A stretch of DNA of 64,000 bases, from the NCBI RefSeq assembly GCF_044704955.1, contig NC_091990.1, forward strand, positions 135,718,001 through 135,782,000, in the 5' to 3' direction. The stretch comes from Pristiophorus japonicus. Lineage: Eukaryota. The notes under the pieces are model-generated. The model ran no database searches. It worked only from the letters and a program-made list of their open reading frames with translations, and was not told the DNA's origin. The translations under genes and the position numbers were made by a program. This document shows, in pieces, positions 37,021 through 51,120 of the stretch (position 1 is its first letter; every line of letters begins with the position of its first letter).

Positions 37021-40000
37021 AACAGAGACTGTTACAATGCTTGAGTGACTTTAGATTGTAGGGGATGTGAAGTCTGCTAGCAGCTGTGACTGGCAATGCT
37101 GAACAGAGAACATCTAGTGAAAGAAAAACAGAAAACTGTAATACAGAATTGTATCTAGAAACTATTATTAAAGAATCCACTTTTTGAGGGAGCATCTTTA
37201 GGATGTACCGAGGTCTAAGTGGAGCATGGGCATGGATCCATTTTTTGCAATTGTCACATAGGCTCAATTTCTGCAGATCACTATTTTTTTGATCTTTAAG
37301 TTACATGATACTCTCCAAAGAATCTGCACCTGTGAGATGCCATCGAGTCGCTAAAAACAGCGCTGGGCCCTGACTCCTTTAGGTGTGTCGAGGAGGCTGA
37401 AGCACGTGGGAGATCCTGTCCGAATTGACCCCCATCCGAACGGAATTCCTAATTGCGCCAAGCCCCGAAACCTTCCTCGGGAGCCGGCGCCTCACAACTT
37501 GAGCCGCCTCGGGGAAATCCCCTCCGTGCCTTTCACTTCTGCGCGGAGGAGTTTCCTGTACGGGCTGCTCCTGCACACTCTCCACCTTGCCATCCTCGTC
37601 TGCCGTCCGGACACGCCATGGGGCACCATCTTGCCATCCGGAGGAGGCGGGGGTCCCCGATGGAGTGCACTCTACGCGGGAGTCCTCCCACTATTTATTG
37701 GGGACATGGCCTGGAGGGTGGTGCACGGAGCAGTCCCGTGCAACAAATTTTTAAGTCGGTTCACGGACTCCCAGGCTGCCTGCAATTTCTGAGGTGTGGT
37801 AGAGTCCGTGCTTCATGTTTTTATGGAATGTGCGAGGTTGCAGCCCCTGTTCCATTATTTAAAGGGGCTGCTCCTCAAATTCTGGTTGCACTTCAGTCGC
37901 ACACTCCTGATCTTTGGGCACCCTGTGCGGAGGGGAGCGGGTAGGTCCGAGGGCCTCCTTGTAGGACTGCTCCTGGGCACAGCCAAGGTAGCCATCAGCC
38001 GGTGCAGGCAGCGGGCAGTCGAGAGGGTCGTTCAGCCTGACTGCCTGCCTCTCTTCCGTGCTTATGTCGAGCCAGAGTGTCCATGGAGATGGAGCACGCA
38101 GTGTCCACCGATACGCTCGCGGCCTTCCACGAGAGGTGGGCGCTGGAGGGACTGGAGTGCATCATCACCCCCGGCAACCAAATTTTAATTTGATTTTACA
38201 TGTTTTAAAGTTTAATTTGTTTTCATTGCCGGTTTTAGTGTCCCCCACCTTTTAGCCAGGGGGCACTTGTAAACTTTGTGTTTTTTAGTGCCCCCAAAAA
38301 AATCACCAACCGAAAAGCAAAAAACAAAAAAAAAGGGGGCACTTGAAAAGTGTTTGGAGTGTCCCCCAGATCAGGGGGCACTTGATTTAACTGTTTAATT
38401 TTGTTTACAGCAAAAGAGTTGTAGAGCTGTTGAAACCTGTGGGACGTCAGGACTGCCATGCGGGGGCTGCCTGTCTTTTACCAGGAACTCATCAGGGTGT
38501 GGAACAGAGTCACCACCAAACGCAGCTCTCCCCCGTCTGGAGTGGTTGCCCTGCAGGAGCCGCTGCTCAGGAATCCGTACCTCCACGACCGAAGTTTTAG
38601 GTGGCAGGCGGACGAGAGGGCTGTGGTTGGCGAAGTGACCAGGATCAGGGACCTGCTCGACGGCGGAGGAGCGGGCTGGATGGCGCCAGATGTGCTGGCA
38701 CGACGACTAAACTGGGCCGACGTCCGCCGCGCGGCCGATACCATCAAGTCGCTAAAAACAACTCTGGGCCCTGACTCTGTTAGGTGTGTCGAGGAGGCTC
38801 AAGCACGTGGGGAGATCCCGTCCGAACTGACTATCGTCCGGACTGAATTCCTCATCGGCTCCAAGCCCCGAAACCTCCCTCGGGAGCCGGCGCCTCACAA
38901 CTTGAGCCGCCTCGGGGAAATCCCCTCCGTGCCTTTCAGGTTCTGCGTGGAGGAGTTTCCTGTACGGGCTGCACCTGCACACTCTCAACCTTGCCATCCT
39001 CGTCTGCCGTCCGGACACGCCATGGCGTACCATCTTGCCGTCTGAAGGAGGCGGTGGTCCCCGATAGAGTGCACTCTACGCGGGAGTCCTCCCACTATTT
39101 ATTGGGGACTTGGCCAGGAGGGTGGTGCATGGAGCAGTCCCGTGCAATAAATCTTTAAGCCGGTTCACGGGCTCCCAGGCCGCCTGCAATTTCTGCGGTC
39201 TGGAGGAGTCCGTGTTCCATGTTTTTATTGAAAGTGCGAGGTTGCAGCCCCTGTTCCATTATTTAAAGGGGCTGCTCCTCAAATTCTGGTTGCACTTCAG
39301 TCCCACACTCCTGATCTTTGGGCACCCTGTGCGGAGGGGAGCGGGTCGGTCCGAAGGTCTCCACATAGGACTGCTCCTGGGCACGGCCAAGGGTGCCATC
39401 AGCCGGTCCAGGCAACGGGCGGTCGAGGGGGTCATTCAGCCTGACTGCCTGCCTCTCTTCCGTGCTTACATCCAGGCCAGGGTGTCCCTAGAGATGGAGC
39501 ACGCGGTGTCCACTGGTACGCTCGCGGACTTCCGTGAGAGATGGGCGCCGGAGGGACTGGAGTGCATCATTACCCCCGGCAACCAAATTTTAATTTGATT
39601 TTATATGTTTTAAAGTTTAATTTGTTTTATTGCCGGTTTTAGTGTCCCCCTCCCCTTTTATAGGGGGCACTTGTAAAAATTTCTGCTTTTACTGCCCAAA
39701 AAAAACCCCCACAAAAAGCACAAAAAAAACCCCAAAAAAGGGCCTTGAAAAATATTTGGAGTGTCCCCCAGATTAGGGGACACTTGATTTAACTGTTTTA
39801 TTTTTGTCCAACCAAAAGAGTTGTAGAGGTGTTGAAACTTGCGGGATGTCAGGACCGGCATGCGGGGGCTGCCTGTCTTTTACCAGGAGCTCATCAGGGT
39901 CTGGAACAGAGTTGCCACCAAGTGCAGCTCTCCCCCGACTGGAGTGACGGCTGTCCTGCAGGAGCTGCTGCTCAGGAATCCGTACCTCCATGACCGCGGT

Positions 40001-43000
40001 TTTAGGTGGCAGGCAGGAGAGGGCTGTGGCTGGCGAGGTGACCAGGGTCAGGGACCTGCTCGATGGCGGAGGAGCGGGCTGGATGGCGCCAGACCTGCTG
40101 GCACGGCGCCTAAACTGGGACGATGTCAGCCGTGCGGCCGATGCCATTGAGTCGCTAAAAACAGCGCTGGGCCCTGACTCCATTAGGTGTGTCGAGGAGG
40201 CTCAAACACGTGGGGAGATCCTGTCCGGACGGAATTCCTGATCGGCGCCAAACCCCGGAACCTCCTTCGGGAGCCGGCACCTCACAACTTGAGCTGCCTC
40301 GGGAAAATCCCCTCCGTGCCTTTCAGTTCCGCGCGGAGGGGTTTCCTGTACGGGCTGCTCCTGCACACTCTCAACTTTGCCATCCTCGCCTGCCGTCCGG
40401 ACACGCCGTGGCGTACCATCTTGCCGTCCGGAGGAGGCGGGGGTCCCCGATGAAGTGCACTCTACGCGGGACTCCTCCCACTATTTATTGGGGACTTGGC
40501 CTGGAGGGTGGTGCACGGAGCATTCACGTGAAATAAATTTTTAACCCGGTTCACGGACTCCCAGGCCGCCTGCAATTTCTGCGGTCTGGAAGAGTCCGTA
40601 TTCCATGTTTTTATAGAATGTGCGAGGTTGCAGCCCGTTCCATCATTTAAAGGGGCTGCTCCTCAAATTCTGGTTGCACCTCAGTCCCACACTCCTGATC
40701 TTTGGGCACCCTGTGCGGAGGGGAGTGGGTAGGTCCGAGGGCCGCCTCAAGGGTGCCATCAGCCGGTCCAGGCAGCGGGCGGTTGAGGGGGTCGTTCAGC
40801 CTGACTGCCTGCCTCTCATCCTTGCATACATCCGAGCCAGGGTGTCCCTGGAGATGGAGCACGCGGTGTCCACCGGTACGCTCGCGGCCTTCCGCGAGAG
40901 GTGGGCACCGGAGGGACTGGAGTGCATCGTCACCCCTGCAACCAAATCTTAATTTGATTTTATATGTTTTAAAGTTTAATTTATTTTATTGCCGGTTTTA
41001 GTGTCCCCTCCCCTTTTATAGTGGGCACTTGTATATATTTATGTTTTAGAGCCCATAAAAACACAAAGAACCCCCCCCAAAAAACCCAAAAAAATAACAA
41101 AAATGGGCCTGGAAAAATGTTTGGAGTGTCCCCCAGATTGGGGGGCACTTGATTTAACTGTTTAATTTGATTCTCCAATCAAAAGAGTTGTAGAGCTGTT
41201 GAAACCTGCAGGGCGTCAGGACCGCCATGCGGGGGCTGCCTGTCTTTTACCAGGAACTCATCAGGGACTGGAACAAAGTCTCCACCAAGCGCAGCTCTCC
41301 CCCGTCTGGAGTGGCGGCTGTCCTGCAGGAGCCGCTGCTCAGGAATCCGTACCTCCACGACCGAGGTTTTAGGTGGCAGGCGGACAAGAGGGCTGTGGCT
41401 GGCGAGGTGACCAGGGTCAGGGACTTGCTGGATGGCGCCAGACGTGCTGGCACGACGCCTAAATTCTGCCAACGTCCGCCGCGCGGCCGATGCCATCGAG
41501 TCGCTAAAAACAGCGTTGGGCCCTGACTCCGTTAGGTGTGTCGAGGAGGTTCAAGCACGTGGGGAGATCCTGTCCGAACTGACCCCCGTCCAGACAGAAT
41601 TCCTCATCGGCGCCAAGCCCCGAAACCTCCCTCGGGGGCTGGCGCCTCACAACTTGAGCCGCCTCGGGGAAATCCCCTCAGTGCCTTTCAGTTCCGCGCG
41701 GAGGGGTTTCCTGTACGGCCTGCTCCTGCACATTCTCAACCTTGCCATCCTCGTTTGCCGTCCGGACACGCCATGGTGCACCATCTTGCCGTCCGGAGGA
41801 GGCGGTGGTCCCGATAGAGTGCACTCTACCCGGGAGTCCTCCCACTATTTATTGGGGACTTGGCCTGGAGGGTGGTGCACGGAGCAGTCCCGTGCAACAA
41901 ATTTTTAAGTTGGTTCACGGGCTCCCAGGCCGCCTGCAATTTCTGCGGTCTGGAAGAGTCCGTGTTCCATGTTTTTATGGAGTGTGCGAGGTTGCAGCCC
42001 CTGTTTCATTATTTAAAGGGGCTGCTCCTCAAATTCTGGTTGCACTTCAGTCCCACACTCCTGATCTTTGGGCACCCTGTGCGGAGGGGAGCGGGTCGGT
42101 CCGAAGGTCTCCACATAGGACTGCTCCTGGGCACGGCCAAAGGTGCCATCAGCCGGTCCAGGCAGCGGGCGGTCGAGGGGGTCGTTCAGCCTGACTGCCT
42201 GCCTCTCTTCCGTGCCTACATCCGGGCCAGGGTGTCCCTGGAGATGGAGCACGTGGTGTCCACCGGTACGATCGCGGCCTTCCACGAGAGGTGGGCGTCG
42301 GAGGGACTGGAGTGCATCATCAACCCTGGCAACCAAATTTTAATTTGATTTTACATGTTTTAAAGTTTAATTTGTTTTTATTGCCGGTTTTAGTGTCCCC
42401 CACCTTTTAGCCAGGGGGCACTTGTAAAATTTGTGTTTTTCAATGCCCAAAAAAAACAACAACAAAAAGATCACCAAAAGAAAACAAAAAACAAAAAAAA
42501 AGGACACTTGAAAAGTGTTTGGAGTGTCCCCCAGGTCAAGGGCACTTGATTTAACTGTTTAATTTTGTTTACAGCAAAAGAGTGTAGAGCTGTTGAAACC
42601 TGCGGGGCGTCAGGACTGCCATGCGGGGGCTGCCTGTCTTTTACCAGGAACTCATCAGGGTGTGGAACAGAGTCACCACCAAACGCAGCTCTCCCCCGTC
42701 TGGAGTGGCTGCCCTGCAGGAGCCGCTGCTAAGGAATCCGTACCTCCACGGCCGAAGTTTTATGTGGCAGGCGGACGAGAGGGCTGTGGCTGCCGAGGTG
42801 ACCAGGATCAGGGACTGGCTCGATGGCGGAGGAGCGAGCTGGATGGCACCAGACATGCTGGCAAGGCGCCTATTCCTGGGCCGACGCCCGGCCCACGGAC
42901 AATGCCATCGAGACATTAAAAACAGCTCTGGGCGCTGACTCTGTTAGGTGTGTCGAGGAGGCTCAAGCACGTGGGGAGATCCCGTCCAAACTGACCCCCA

Positions 43001-43162
43001 TCCGGACGGAATTCCTCATCAGCGCCAAGCCCCAAAACCTCCCTCGGGAGTCAGTGCCTCATAACTTGAGCCTCCTCGGGGAAATCCCCTTTCGTGCCTT
43101 TCAGTTCTGCGCAGAGGGGATTTCTGTACAGGCTGCTCTTGCACACTCTCCACCTTGACATC

Positions 43163-46100
43163 TGTTTTTTATGTATGTAAACTTTACCAGCTGTTAAGAC
43201 TTGTCAGCAGGGGGCGCACCTGTGGGAGACCCAAGGGTCACCTGCATACTCCGGGCATGCAGGTATAAAAGGCAGTCTACCATGCTGCTTCCTCACTCTG
43301 GAGTTGCATTAAAGAGTTCAAGATCACAACAGTTTGAGCTTACAGTATACAGTCTTGTGGAGTTATTCTGAACATAACAATTGGCGATGAGTAACAGATC
43401 ACGAACTTTCACGTGGTTATGGCTGCCGTTGGTATTCTTGAGAGATTTGTTGAGGGTGATGATTGGGAAGCCTTCCTTCAGCGGCTTGACCAGTACTTCG
43501 TGGCCAACGAGCTGGATACGGAAGAGACCATGTTCAAGCGCAGGGCGATTCTCCTCATCGTTTATGGGTCCACGATATATGGCCTCATCAAAAATCTGCT
43601 AGCACCGACGAAACCAATGGAGAAGACATATGCGGAGTTATGCACGCTGGTTCAGGAACACCTCAAACTGAAGGAGAGCATCTTAATAGCCAGGTATCGC
43701 TTTTACAAGCATCATCGCTCCGAGGGCCAGAACGCGGCGAGCTATGTCGCCGACCTACGATGCCTTGCGGGACCGTGCGTATTTGCTGGATTTTTGGGGG
43801 CAATGTTGCGGGACTTTTTCGTGCTTGGAATCGGCCACGGGGTCATTCTTCGCAAACTGCTGTCTACCGAATCCTTAGATGTGAGTAATGCCATCACGAT
43901 AGCCCAGGTTTTCATGTCCACAAAGGATAACACTAAACAGATATCTTTGCAGCATCGAAGCTCACTGGCAAGTACTGTGCATAAAATAACGCCTTCAGCA
44001 GGCAGAACTGTACATGGCAGGGCCTACACGCCTGCAGAGGCCAGACCTAGGATGACTCAGAGTCCGCTATGGGCATGAATGCAAGTCCATTAACACCAAG
44101 TTGGCGCTGCGGGGGTAATCATCAGGCCCATCAATGTCGTTTCAAGCACTATGTGTGCGAAGGCTGCGGAACAATGGGGCACCTCCAACGATTGTGTAAA
44201 CATGCTGTGACTCACCACATGGCAGAGTCGGCAGAAGATGACCGATCCGGCGCAGATCACGCTAAAACAGTGCGAGTAAGAGAGGCAACTCAACCCGAGG
44301 CTGAAGAGGAAGTGTATGGGGTACACACCTTCACCACCAAAAGTCCTCCGATAATGTTGAAAGTCAAATTAAACGGCATTCCAGTTTCCATGGAATTGGA
44401 CACGGGGGGCGAGTAGTCAATTATGAGCCAGAAGGCTTTTGAGAAGCTGAGGCAACAAGGCACAAAGGCCAAAATTAAGCCTGATTCATACCAAGTTGCG
44501 CACTTACACCAAAGAGCTCATACCAGTCATTGGCAGTGCAGCAGTGAAGGTATCGTATGATGGAACTGTGCATGATTTATCATTATGGATTGTACCAGGT
44601 GATGGCCCAACGCTGTTTGGCGGAAGCTGGCTAGGAAAGATCCAATGGAACTGGGACGACATCAAAGCACTGTCTTCGGTGGATGACGCCTCGTGTGCCT
44701 AAGTGCTAAACAAATTCCTGTCGTTATTTGAGCCAGGCATCGGCAACTTCATAGGCACCAAATTGCAGATCCATCTAGTCCCTGATGCATGACCTGTTCA
44801 TCACAAGGCCCGAGCGGTTCCATATATGATGCAAGAGAAAGTCGAGACTGAGCTGGACAGATTTCAACGAGAGGGGATCATATTGCCAGTCGAGTTCAAC
44901 AAGTGGGCCAGTCCAATTGTTCCGGTGTTGAAAAGTGATGGGACGGTCAGAATCTGCGGGGACTGCAAGGTAATGAACAATCAGCCGAGTCTCGTTACAG
45001 GACCAGTACTCACTACCCAAAGTGGATGACCTGTTCGCAACGCTAGCAGGGGTGAAGTCGTTCATCAAGCTGGATCTAACCTCTGCTTACATGACACAGG
45101 AGCTGGTTGAACCCTTGAAAAAATTGACGTGCATCAACACGCACAGAGGACTGTTCATATACCACAGATGCCCCTTTTGGATTGACTCGGCTGTGGCCAG
45201 AGGAACATGGAGAGTCTGTTGAAATCGGTTCCATGCACCGTGGTGTTTCAAGACGATATCCTGATCACTGGTCACAACACCACTGAACACTTGCACAACC
45301 TGGAAGAGGTTCTAAAGCGACTGGACAGAGTGGGACTCAGGCTGAAACGCTCCAAGTGTGTTTTTCTAGGGAGAAAGATTGTGGCAGACGGCATCAGACC
45401 CACGAACTCTAAGATGGAGGCCATCAAGAATGCACCCAGACCACAGAATGTGACGGAGCTGTGTTCGTTCCTGGGACTCCTCAACTATTTTGGTAACTTT
45501 CTACCGGGGCTGAGCACTTTGCTGGAACTCTTCATTTATTGCTATACTAGGGTGACGACTGGGTTTGGGGTAAATCTCAAGGAGACAGCCTTTAATAAGG
45601 CCAGAAATCTGCTATGCTTTAACAAGTTACTTGTATTGTATGACCTGTGTAAACGTTTAGTACTAGCTTGTGATGCATCTTCGTACGGGGTTGGTTGTGT
45701 GTTACAGCAAGCAAATGTGTCAGGCAAACTGCAACCAGTTGCATATGCGTCCAGAAGCTTATCCAAGGCTGAAAGAGCCTACAGTATTGTTGAGAAAGAA
45801 GCGTTAGCATGCGTATATGGGGTTAAGAAAATGCACCAATACCTATTTGGACTTCGGCTCAAGTTCGAAGCCGACCAGAAACTGCTCATTTCACTGTTCT
45901 CAGAAAGCAAAGGTATCAACACCAATGTTTCGTCCCACATCCAAAGATGGGCATTAACGTTATTTGCGTATGACTATGTAATCCGCCATAGACCCGGCAC
46001 TGAGAACTGTGCTGATGCCCTCAGTCGGCTACCATTTCCAACCACCGGGGTGGCAATGGCACAACCCTTGCTTCTTGTAATGGATGCTTTTGAGAGCGAG

Positions 46101-47693
46101 GGGGGGTCACCCATCACGGCTTGTCAGATCAGGACCTGGACTAACCAGGACCCTGTGCTATCACTAGTAAAAAGCTGCGTCCTTAATGGGAGCTGGTCAG
46201 CGGTTCCCGGGGAAATGCAAGACGAAATTAAGCCGTTTTACCGACGCAAGGCTAAAATGTCCATCCATTCGGATTGTCACTTATGGGGGAATCGCATAGT
46301 TTTGCCAAAAAAAAGCTGGGAAATGTTTATACGCGACCTACACAGTACCCACCCAGGCATAGCCATGATGAAGGCTATCGCCAGGTCGCACGTTTGGTGA
46401 CCCGGCATTGACTCAGAATTGGAGTCATGCGTACACCAATGTAACACTTGCTCACAGTTGAGCAATGCACCAAGGGAGGCCCCGCTGAGTCTGTGGTCAT
46501 GGCCCTGCAAACCATGGTCCAGGATCCACGTAGATTTCGCTGGCCCCTTTCTAGGAAAGATGTTCCTAGTAGCAGTGGACGCTTACTCTAAATGGATTGA
46601 ATGTATATTAATGTCAGCATGTACGTCCACTGCCACCATTGAAAGCCTCCGGGCCATGTTCGCCACCCATGGTTTGCCCGACGTCCTTGTTAGTGATAAT
46701 GGACCATGTTTCACCAGCTCGGAATTCAACGAGTTCATGACCCGCAATGGCATCAAGCAGGTCAGGTCTGCCCCGTTTAAGCCCGCATCCAATGGTCAAG
46801 CGGAACGGGCAGTCCAAACTATCAAGCAGTGCTTGAAACGAGTGACAGACGGTTCCCTGCAGACCCGGTTATCTCAGATTCTGCTCAGCTAACGGACGCG
46901 ACCCCACTCGCTTACAGGTGTTCCCCCTGCAGAATTGTGAATGAAGCGAGCATTCAAAACCAGGCTGTCCTTAGTCTACCCAGATCTCAATGATCATATA
47001 GAAACCTGGCGCCACCGGCATAACATGTACCACAATCGCGCTGCTGTATCGCGTGACATTGAGGTTAATGATCCTGTGTTTGTTCTTAATTATGGTCATG
47101 GTCCCAAATGGGTTGCTGGCACTGTTTTAGCCAAGGAGGGGAGTAGAGTTTGTTGTCAAACTTTTGAATGGACAAATGTGCAGAAAGCACTTGGATCAGA
47201 CCAAACTGCCATTCACTGACAACCAGGAACAGTTTGAAGAGGACATTACCATCATTGATCCACCAACACACACCCAACCAGCAATCGATCTCGCGGTCAA
47301 CCACGAGGATGAACCCACCATGCCCGACAATCTAATCAGACCAGTCGCGCTGCAGTGCAGCAATGATCTGACCAACCCATGCCAGGACTTCAACTCAGGC
47401 GATCAACCCGGGAACGTAAAGCCCCGGATTGCCTCAACTTGTAAATAACTTGTATCTACGACTTTTGGGGGGGGGAGTGATGCTATGTATGTAAACTTTA
47501 CTAGTGTGTAAGACTTGCCACCAGGGGGCGCACCTGTGGGAGACCCAAGGGTTACCCGCACACCCCGGGCAAGCAGGTATAAAAGGCAATCTACCATGCT
47601 GCTTCCTCACTCTGGAGTTACATTAAAGAGACCAAGGTCACAACAGTTTGAGCTTACAGCATACAGTCTTGTGGAGTTAGTCTGAACATAACA
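43163..47693 (+). mobile_element. Full-length degenerate Ty3/Gypsy LTR retrotransposon inserted in array unit 5
   Basis: LTRs 43163-43379 and 47481-47693; TSD ACATC/CCATC; PBS TGGCGATGAG; G-rich PPT; gag, protease, RT (FQDD), RNase H, integrase fragments. Confidence 0.95.
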
Positions 47694-49905
47694 CCATCCT
47701 CGTCTGCCGTCCGATATGCCATGGCGCACCATCTTGCCATCTGGAGGAGACGAGGAGTCCCCAGTGGAGTGCACACTACGCGGGAGTCCTCCCTCTATTT
47801 ATTAGCGACATGGTCTGGAGGGTGTTGCACGGTTCAGTCTCGTGCAATAAGTTTTTAAGTTGGTTCACGGACTCCCAGGCCGCCTGCAATTTCTGTGGTC
47901 TGGAAGAGTCCGTGTTCCATGTTTTTATTGAATGTGTGAGGTTGCAGCCCCTGTTCCATTATTTGAAGTGGCTGCTCCTCAAATTCTGGCTGCACTTCAG
48001 TTCCACACTCCTGATCTTTGGGCACCCTGTGCAGAGGAGAGCGGGCAGGTCAGAAGGCCTCCTCGTAGGACTGTTCCTGGGCACGGCCAAGGGGGACATC
48101 AGTCGGTCCAGGCAGCGGGTGGTCGAGGGGGTCCTTCAGACCAACTGTCTGCCTCTCTTCCTCAGTTACATCTGAGCCAGAGTGTTCCTGGAGATGGAGC
48201 ACGTGGTGTCCAACGGTACGCTCGCGGCCTTCCGCGAGAGGTGGGCGCCGGAGGGACTGGAGTGTATCATCACCCCCGGAAACCAAATTTTAATTTGATG
48301 TTTTTTGTCTAAAGTTTAATTTGTTTACTTTGCCGATTTTAGTGCCCCCCCCACTCTCTTTTAGCCAGGGGGCACTTGTATAAATTGTGTTTTTAGTGCC
48401 CTCAAAACCCCTCCCTCACCAAAAAATCAAAAAACAAGGGGGCACTTGTTTGAAAGTGTTTGGAGTGTCCCCCCGCCCCTTTAATCAGGGGGCACTTGAT
48501 TTAACGATTGTCCACAACAAAATAGTTGTATAATTTGTGTTTCTGGTGCCCTAAAAAAAAACAAAAAACAAGGGGGCATGTGATTTAATGATTATGTTTT
48601 ACAGATTATAACAAAATAGTTGTAGAGCTGTTGAAATCTGGGGGGGGGGGGGGGCGGTGTCAGGACCGCCATGCGGGGGCTGCCTGTCTTTTACCAGGAA
48701 CTCATCAGGATCAGGAACAGAGTCGCCACCAAGCTCAGCTCTCCCCCGTCTGGAGTAGTGGCTATCCTGCAGGAGCCACTGCTCAGGAATCCGTACCTCC
48801 ACGACCGTAGTTTTAGGTGGCAGGTGGACGAGCGGGCTGTGGCTGGCGAGGTGACCAGGGTCAGCGACCTGCTTGATGCCAGAGGAGTGAGCAGATGGTG
48901 CCCGATGTGCTGGCAAGGCACCTATCCTGGGCCGACGTCCGGCGCGCGGCCGATGCCATCGAGTTGCTAAAAGCAGCACTGGGCCCTGACTCCGTTTGGT
49001 CTGTCAAGGAGGCTCAAGCACATGGGGAGATCCCGTCTGAACTGACCCCCGTCCGGACGGAATTCCTCATCGGCGCCAAGCCCCGGAACCTCCCTCGGGA
49101 GCCGGCGCCTCACAACTTGAGTCTCCTCGGGGAAATCCCCTCCGTGCTTTTCAGTTCTGCGCGGAGGGGTTTCCCGTACGGGCTGCTCCTGCACACTCTC
49201 CACCTTGCCATCCTCGTCTGCCGTCCGGACACGCCATGGCGCACCATCTTGCTGTCCGGAGGAGGCGGGTGTCCCCAATGGAGTGCACTCTATGCGGGAT
49301 TCCTCCCACTATTTATTGGGGACTTGGCCTGGAGGGTGTTACATGGAGCAGTCCCATGCAATAAGTTTTTAAGTCGGTTCACGGGCTCCCAGGCTGCCTG
49401 CAATTTCTGCGGTCTGGTGGAGTCCGTAGTCCACGTTTTTATTGAATGCGTGAGGTTGCAGCCCCTCTTCCAATATTTGAAGGGGCTGCTCCTCAAATTC
49501 TGGTTGCACTTCAGTCCCACACTCCCGATCTTTGGGCACTCTGTGCGGAGGGGAGTGGGCAGGTCGGGAGGCCTCCTCGTAGGACTGCTCCTGGGCACGG
49601 CCAAGGGGTGCCATCAGCCGGTCCAGGCAGCGGAAGATCGAGAGGGTCCTTCAGCCCGACTGCCTGCCTCTCTTCCGCGGTTACATCCGAGCCAGGCTGA
49701 CCCTGGAGATGGAGCACGCGGTGTCCACTGGTACGCTGGCGGCCTTCCGCGAGAGGTGGGCGCCAGAGGGACTGAAGTGCATCATCACCCTCGGCAACCA
49801 AATTTTTATTTGGACCACATGTCTAAAGTTTAATTTGTCTAAGTTTGTCAGTTTTAGTGCCCCCCTACCCTTTTAGCCAGGGGATACTTGTATAATTTGT
49901 GTATT

Positions 49906-50244
49906 GAGAGAGTGGAGAGCACCAGTTCCAACTGTTGCAGGACAGAGAGTGGAGAGCACCAGTTCAAACTGTTACAGGAGAGAGAGTGGAGAGCACCAGT
50001 TCAAACTGTTACAGGAGAGAGAGTGGAGAGCACCAGTTCAGACTGTCACAGGACGGGAGAGTGGGGAGCACCAGTTCAAACTGTCACAGGACGGGAGAGT
50101 GGAGAGCACCAATTCAAACTGTCACAGGACGGGAGAGTGGAGAGCACCAGTTCAAACTGTCACAGGACGGGAGAGTGGAGAGCACCAGTTCAAACTGTCA
50201 CAGGACCGGAGAGTGGAGAGCACCAGTTCAAACTGTCACAGGAG
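49906..50244 (+). repeat. Minisatellite, nine copies of a 37-38 bp unit
   Basis: GAGAGTGGAGAGCACCAGTTCAAACTGTCACAGGACGG repeated. Confidence 0.95.
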
Positions 50245-50714
50245 CATCCAGTCGTGCCCCCAAAGGAAGTGGAGTGTGGGAAATTGCATTCCGCTTCCAT
50301 TGAGGGGCGATAAGGTCAATTCTGCGGCGGGAGCAGGACTTCCACGCTAGGGCTGAAATTCCCTGCCCCAGAAGGTTACCGCCCCCAAGGTGGGAGCTTG
50401 TGCGGGGAGGCAGAGGGAAGTTGAGGGGAGATGGGGGCGAGGGATGGAGGGGAGAGTGGTGGAGGTGGGGGGCGGAGAAAACCAGGGCGGGGGACAGGAG
50501 GGGCCACATTGCAGCGGAGGTCTGGGGCGGGGGGGCGAAATGTGTTGGAGGGGCGGGCCTGGGGGCTCTGTGCCTCGGTGCAGGGAGTGTTCAGAATGGG
50601 GTGGACGGGTTGACTGCGCAGATGGCGGTTGATGGATGTGGTGTGGTTGGCATCGCGGAGGCGTGACTCCGGGGTGGCCGGGGCTGGAGGCTCGACATCC
50701 GGGGGTGTTCAGCA

Positions 50715-51120
50715 TTTTGGAAGGATTCTGACGGGACGGGGCGGGTTGGGTGCGGGTGGGGGGGGGGGGGGGGGGGTGTTCCCGGTGTTGGGTGGGTCCA
50801 GAGCCGGGAGGTGGCACGCTCTTGGGATGGGGGGGTGGGCTGTTTGGGGTTGGGATTGGGAGAGAATTCTTCACTCGGGGAGTTGTTGGCCTGTGGGGTT
50901 CCCTACCGCGGAGAGTTGTTGATGCCAGTTCATTGGACGTGTTCGGGAAGGAGTTGGATGTGGTCCTTGCAGCTGGGGGGGTCGGGGGGTGTGGAGGGGG
51001 CGTGGGGGGGAGGTGCTGGGGTGGGTGATCAGCATTGATCTTGTTGAATGGCGGTGCAGGCTCGAAGGGCCGAATGGCCTACTCCTGCACCTATTTTCTA
51101 TGTTTCTATGTTTCTATGTA
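50715..51120 (+). mobile_element. CR1 3' end with heavy A-to-G substitution
   Basis: Aligns by eye with the CR1 at 14870-15260; TTCTATGT tail intact. Confidence 0.8.

Noticed and set aside
37321-37336. ACCTGTGAG as the missing left end of the host LTR
   Set aside because: Only 9 nt, in the unexpected orientation, with no matching TSD
39110-42348. Recurrent 162-aa ORFs as a host zinc-finger gene family
   Set aside because: They are LINE ORF2 C-termini with non-ATG starts and upstream stops or frameshifts in each unit
49888-50350. CRISPR-like array or repetitive ORFs
   Set aside because: Head-to-tail minisatellite without unique spacers in eukaryotic DNA; ORFs are by-products
50347-51038. 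Pro-rich and Gly-rich ORFs
   Set aside because: Artefacts of G-rich, stop-poor hypermutated repeat sequence
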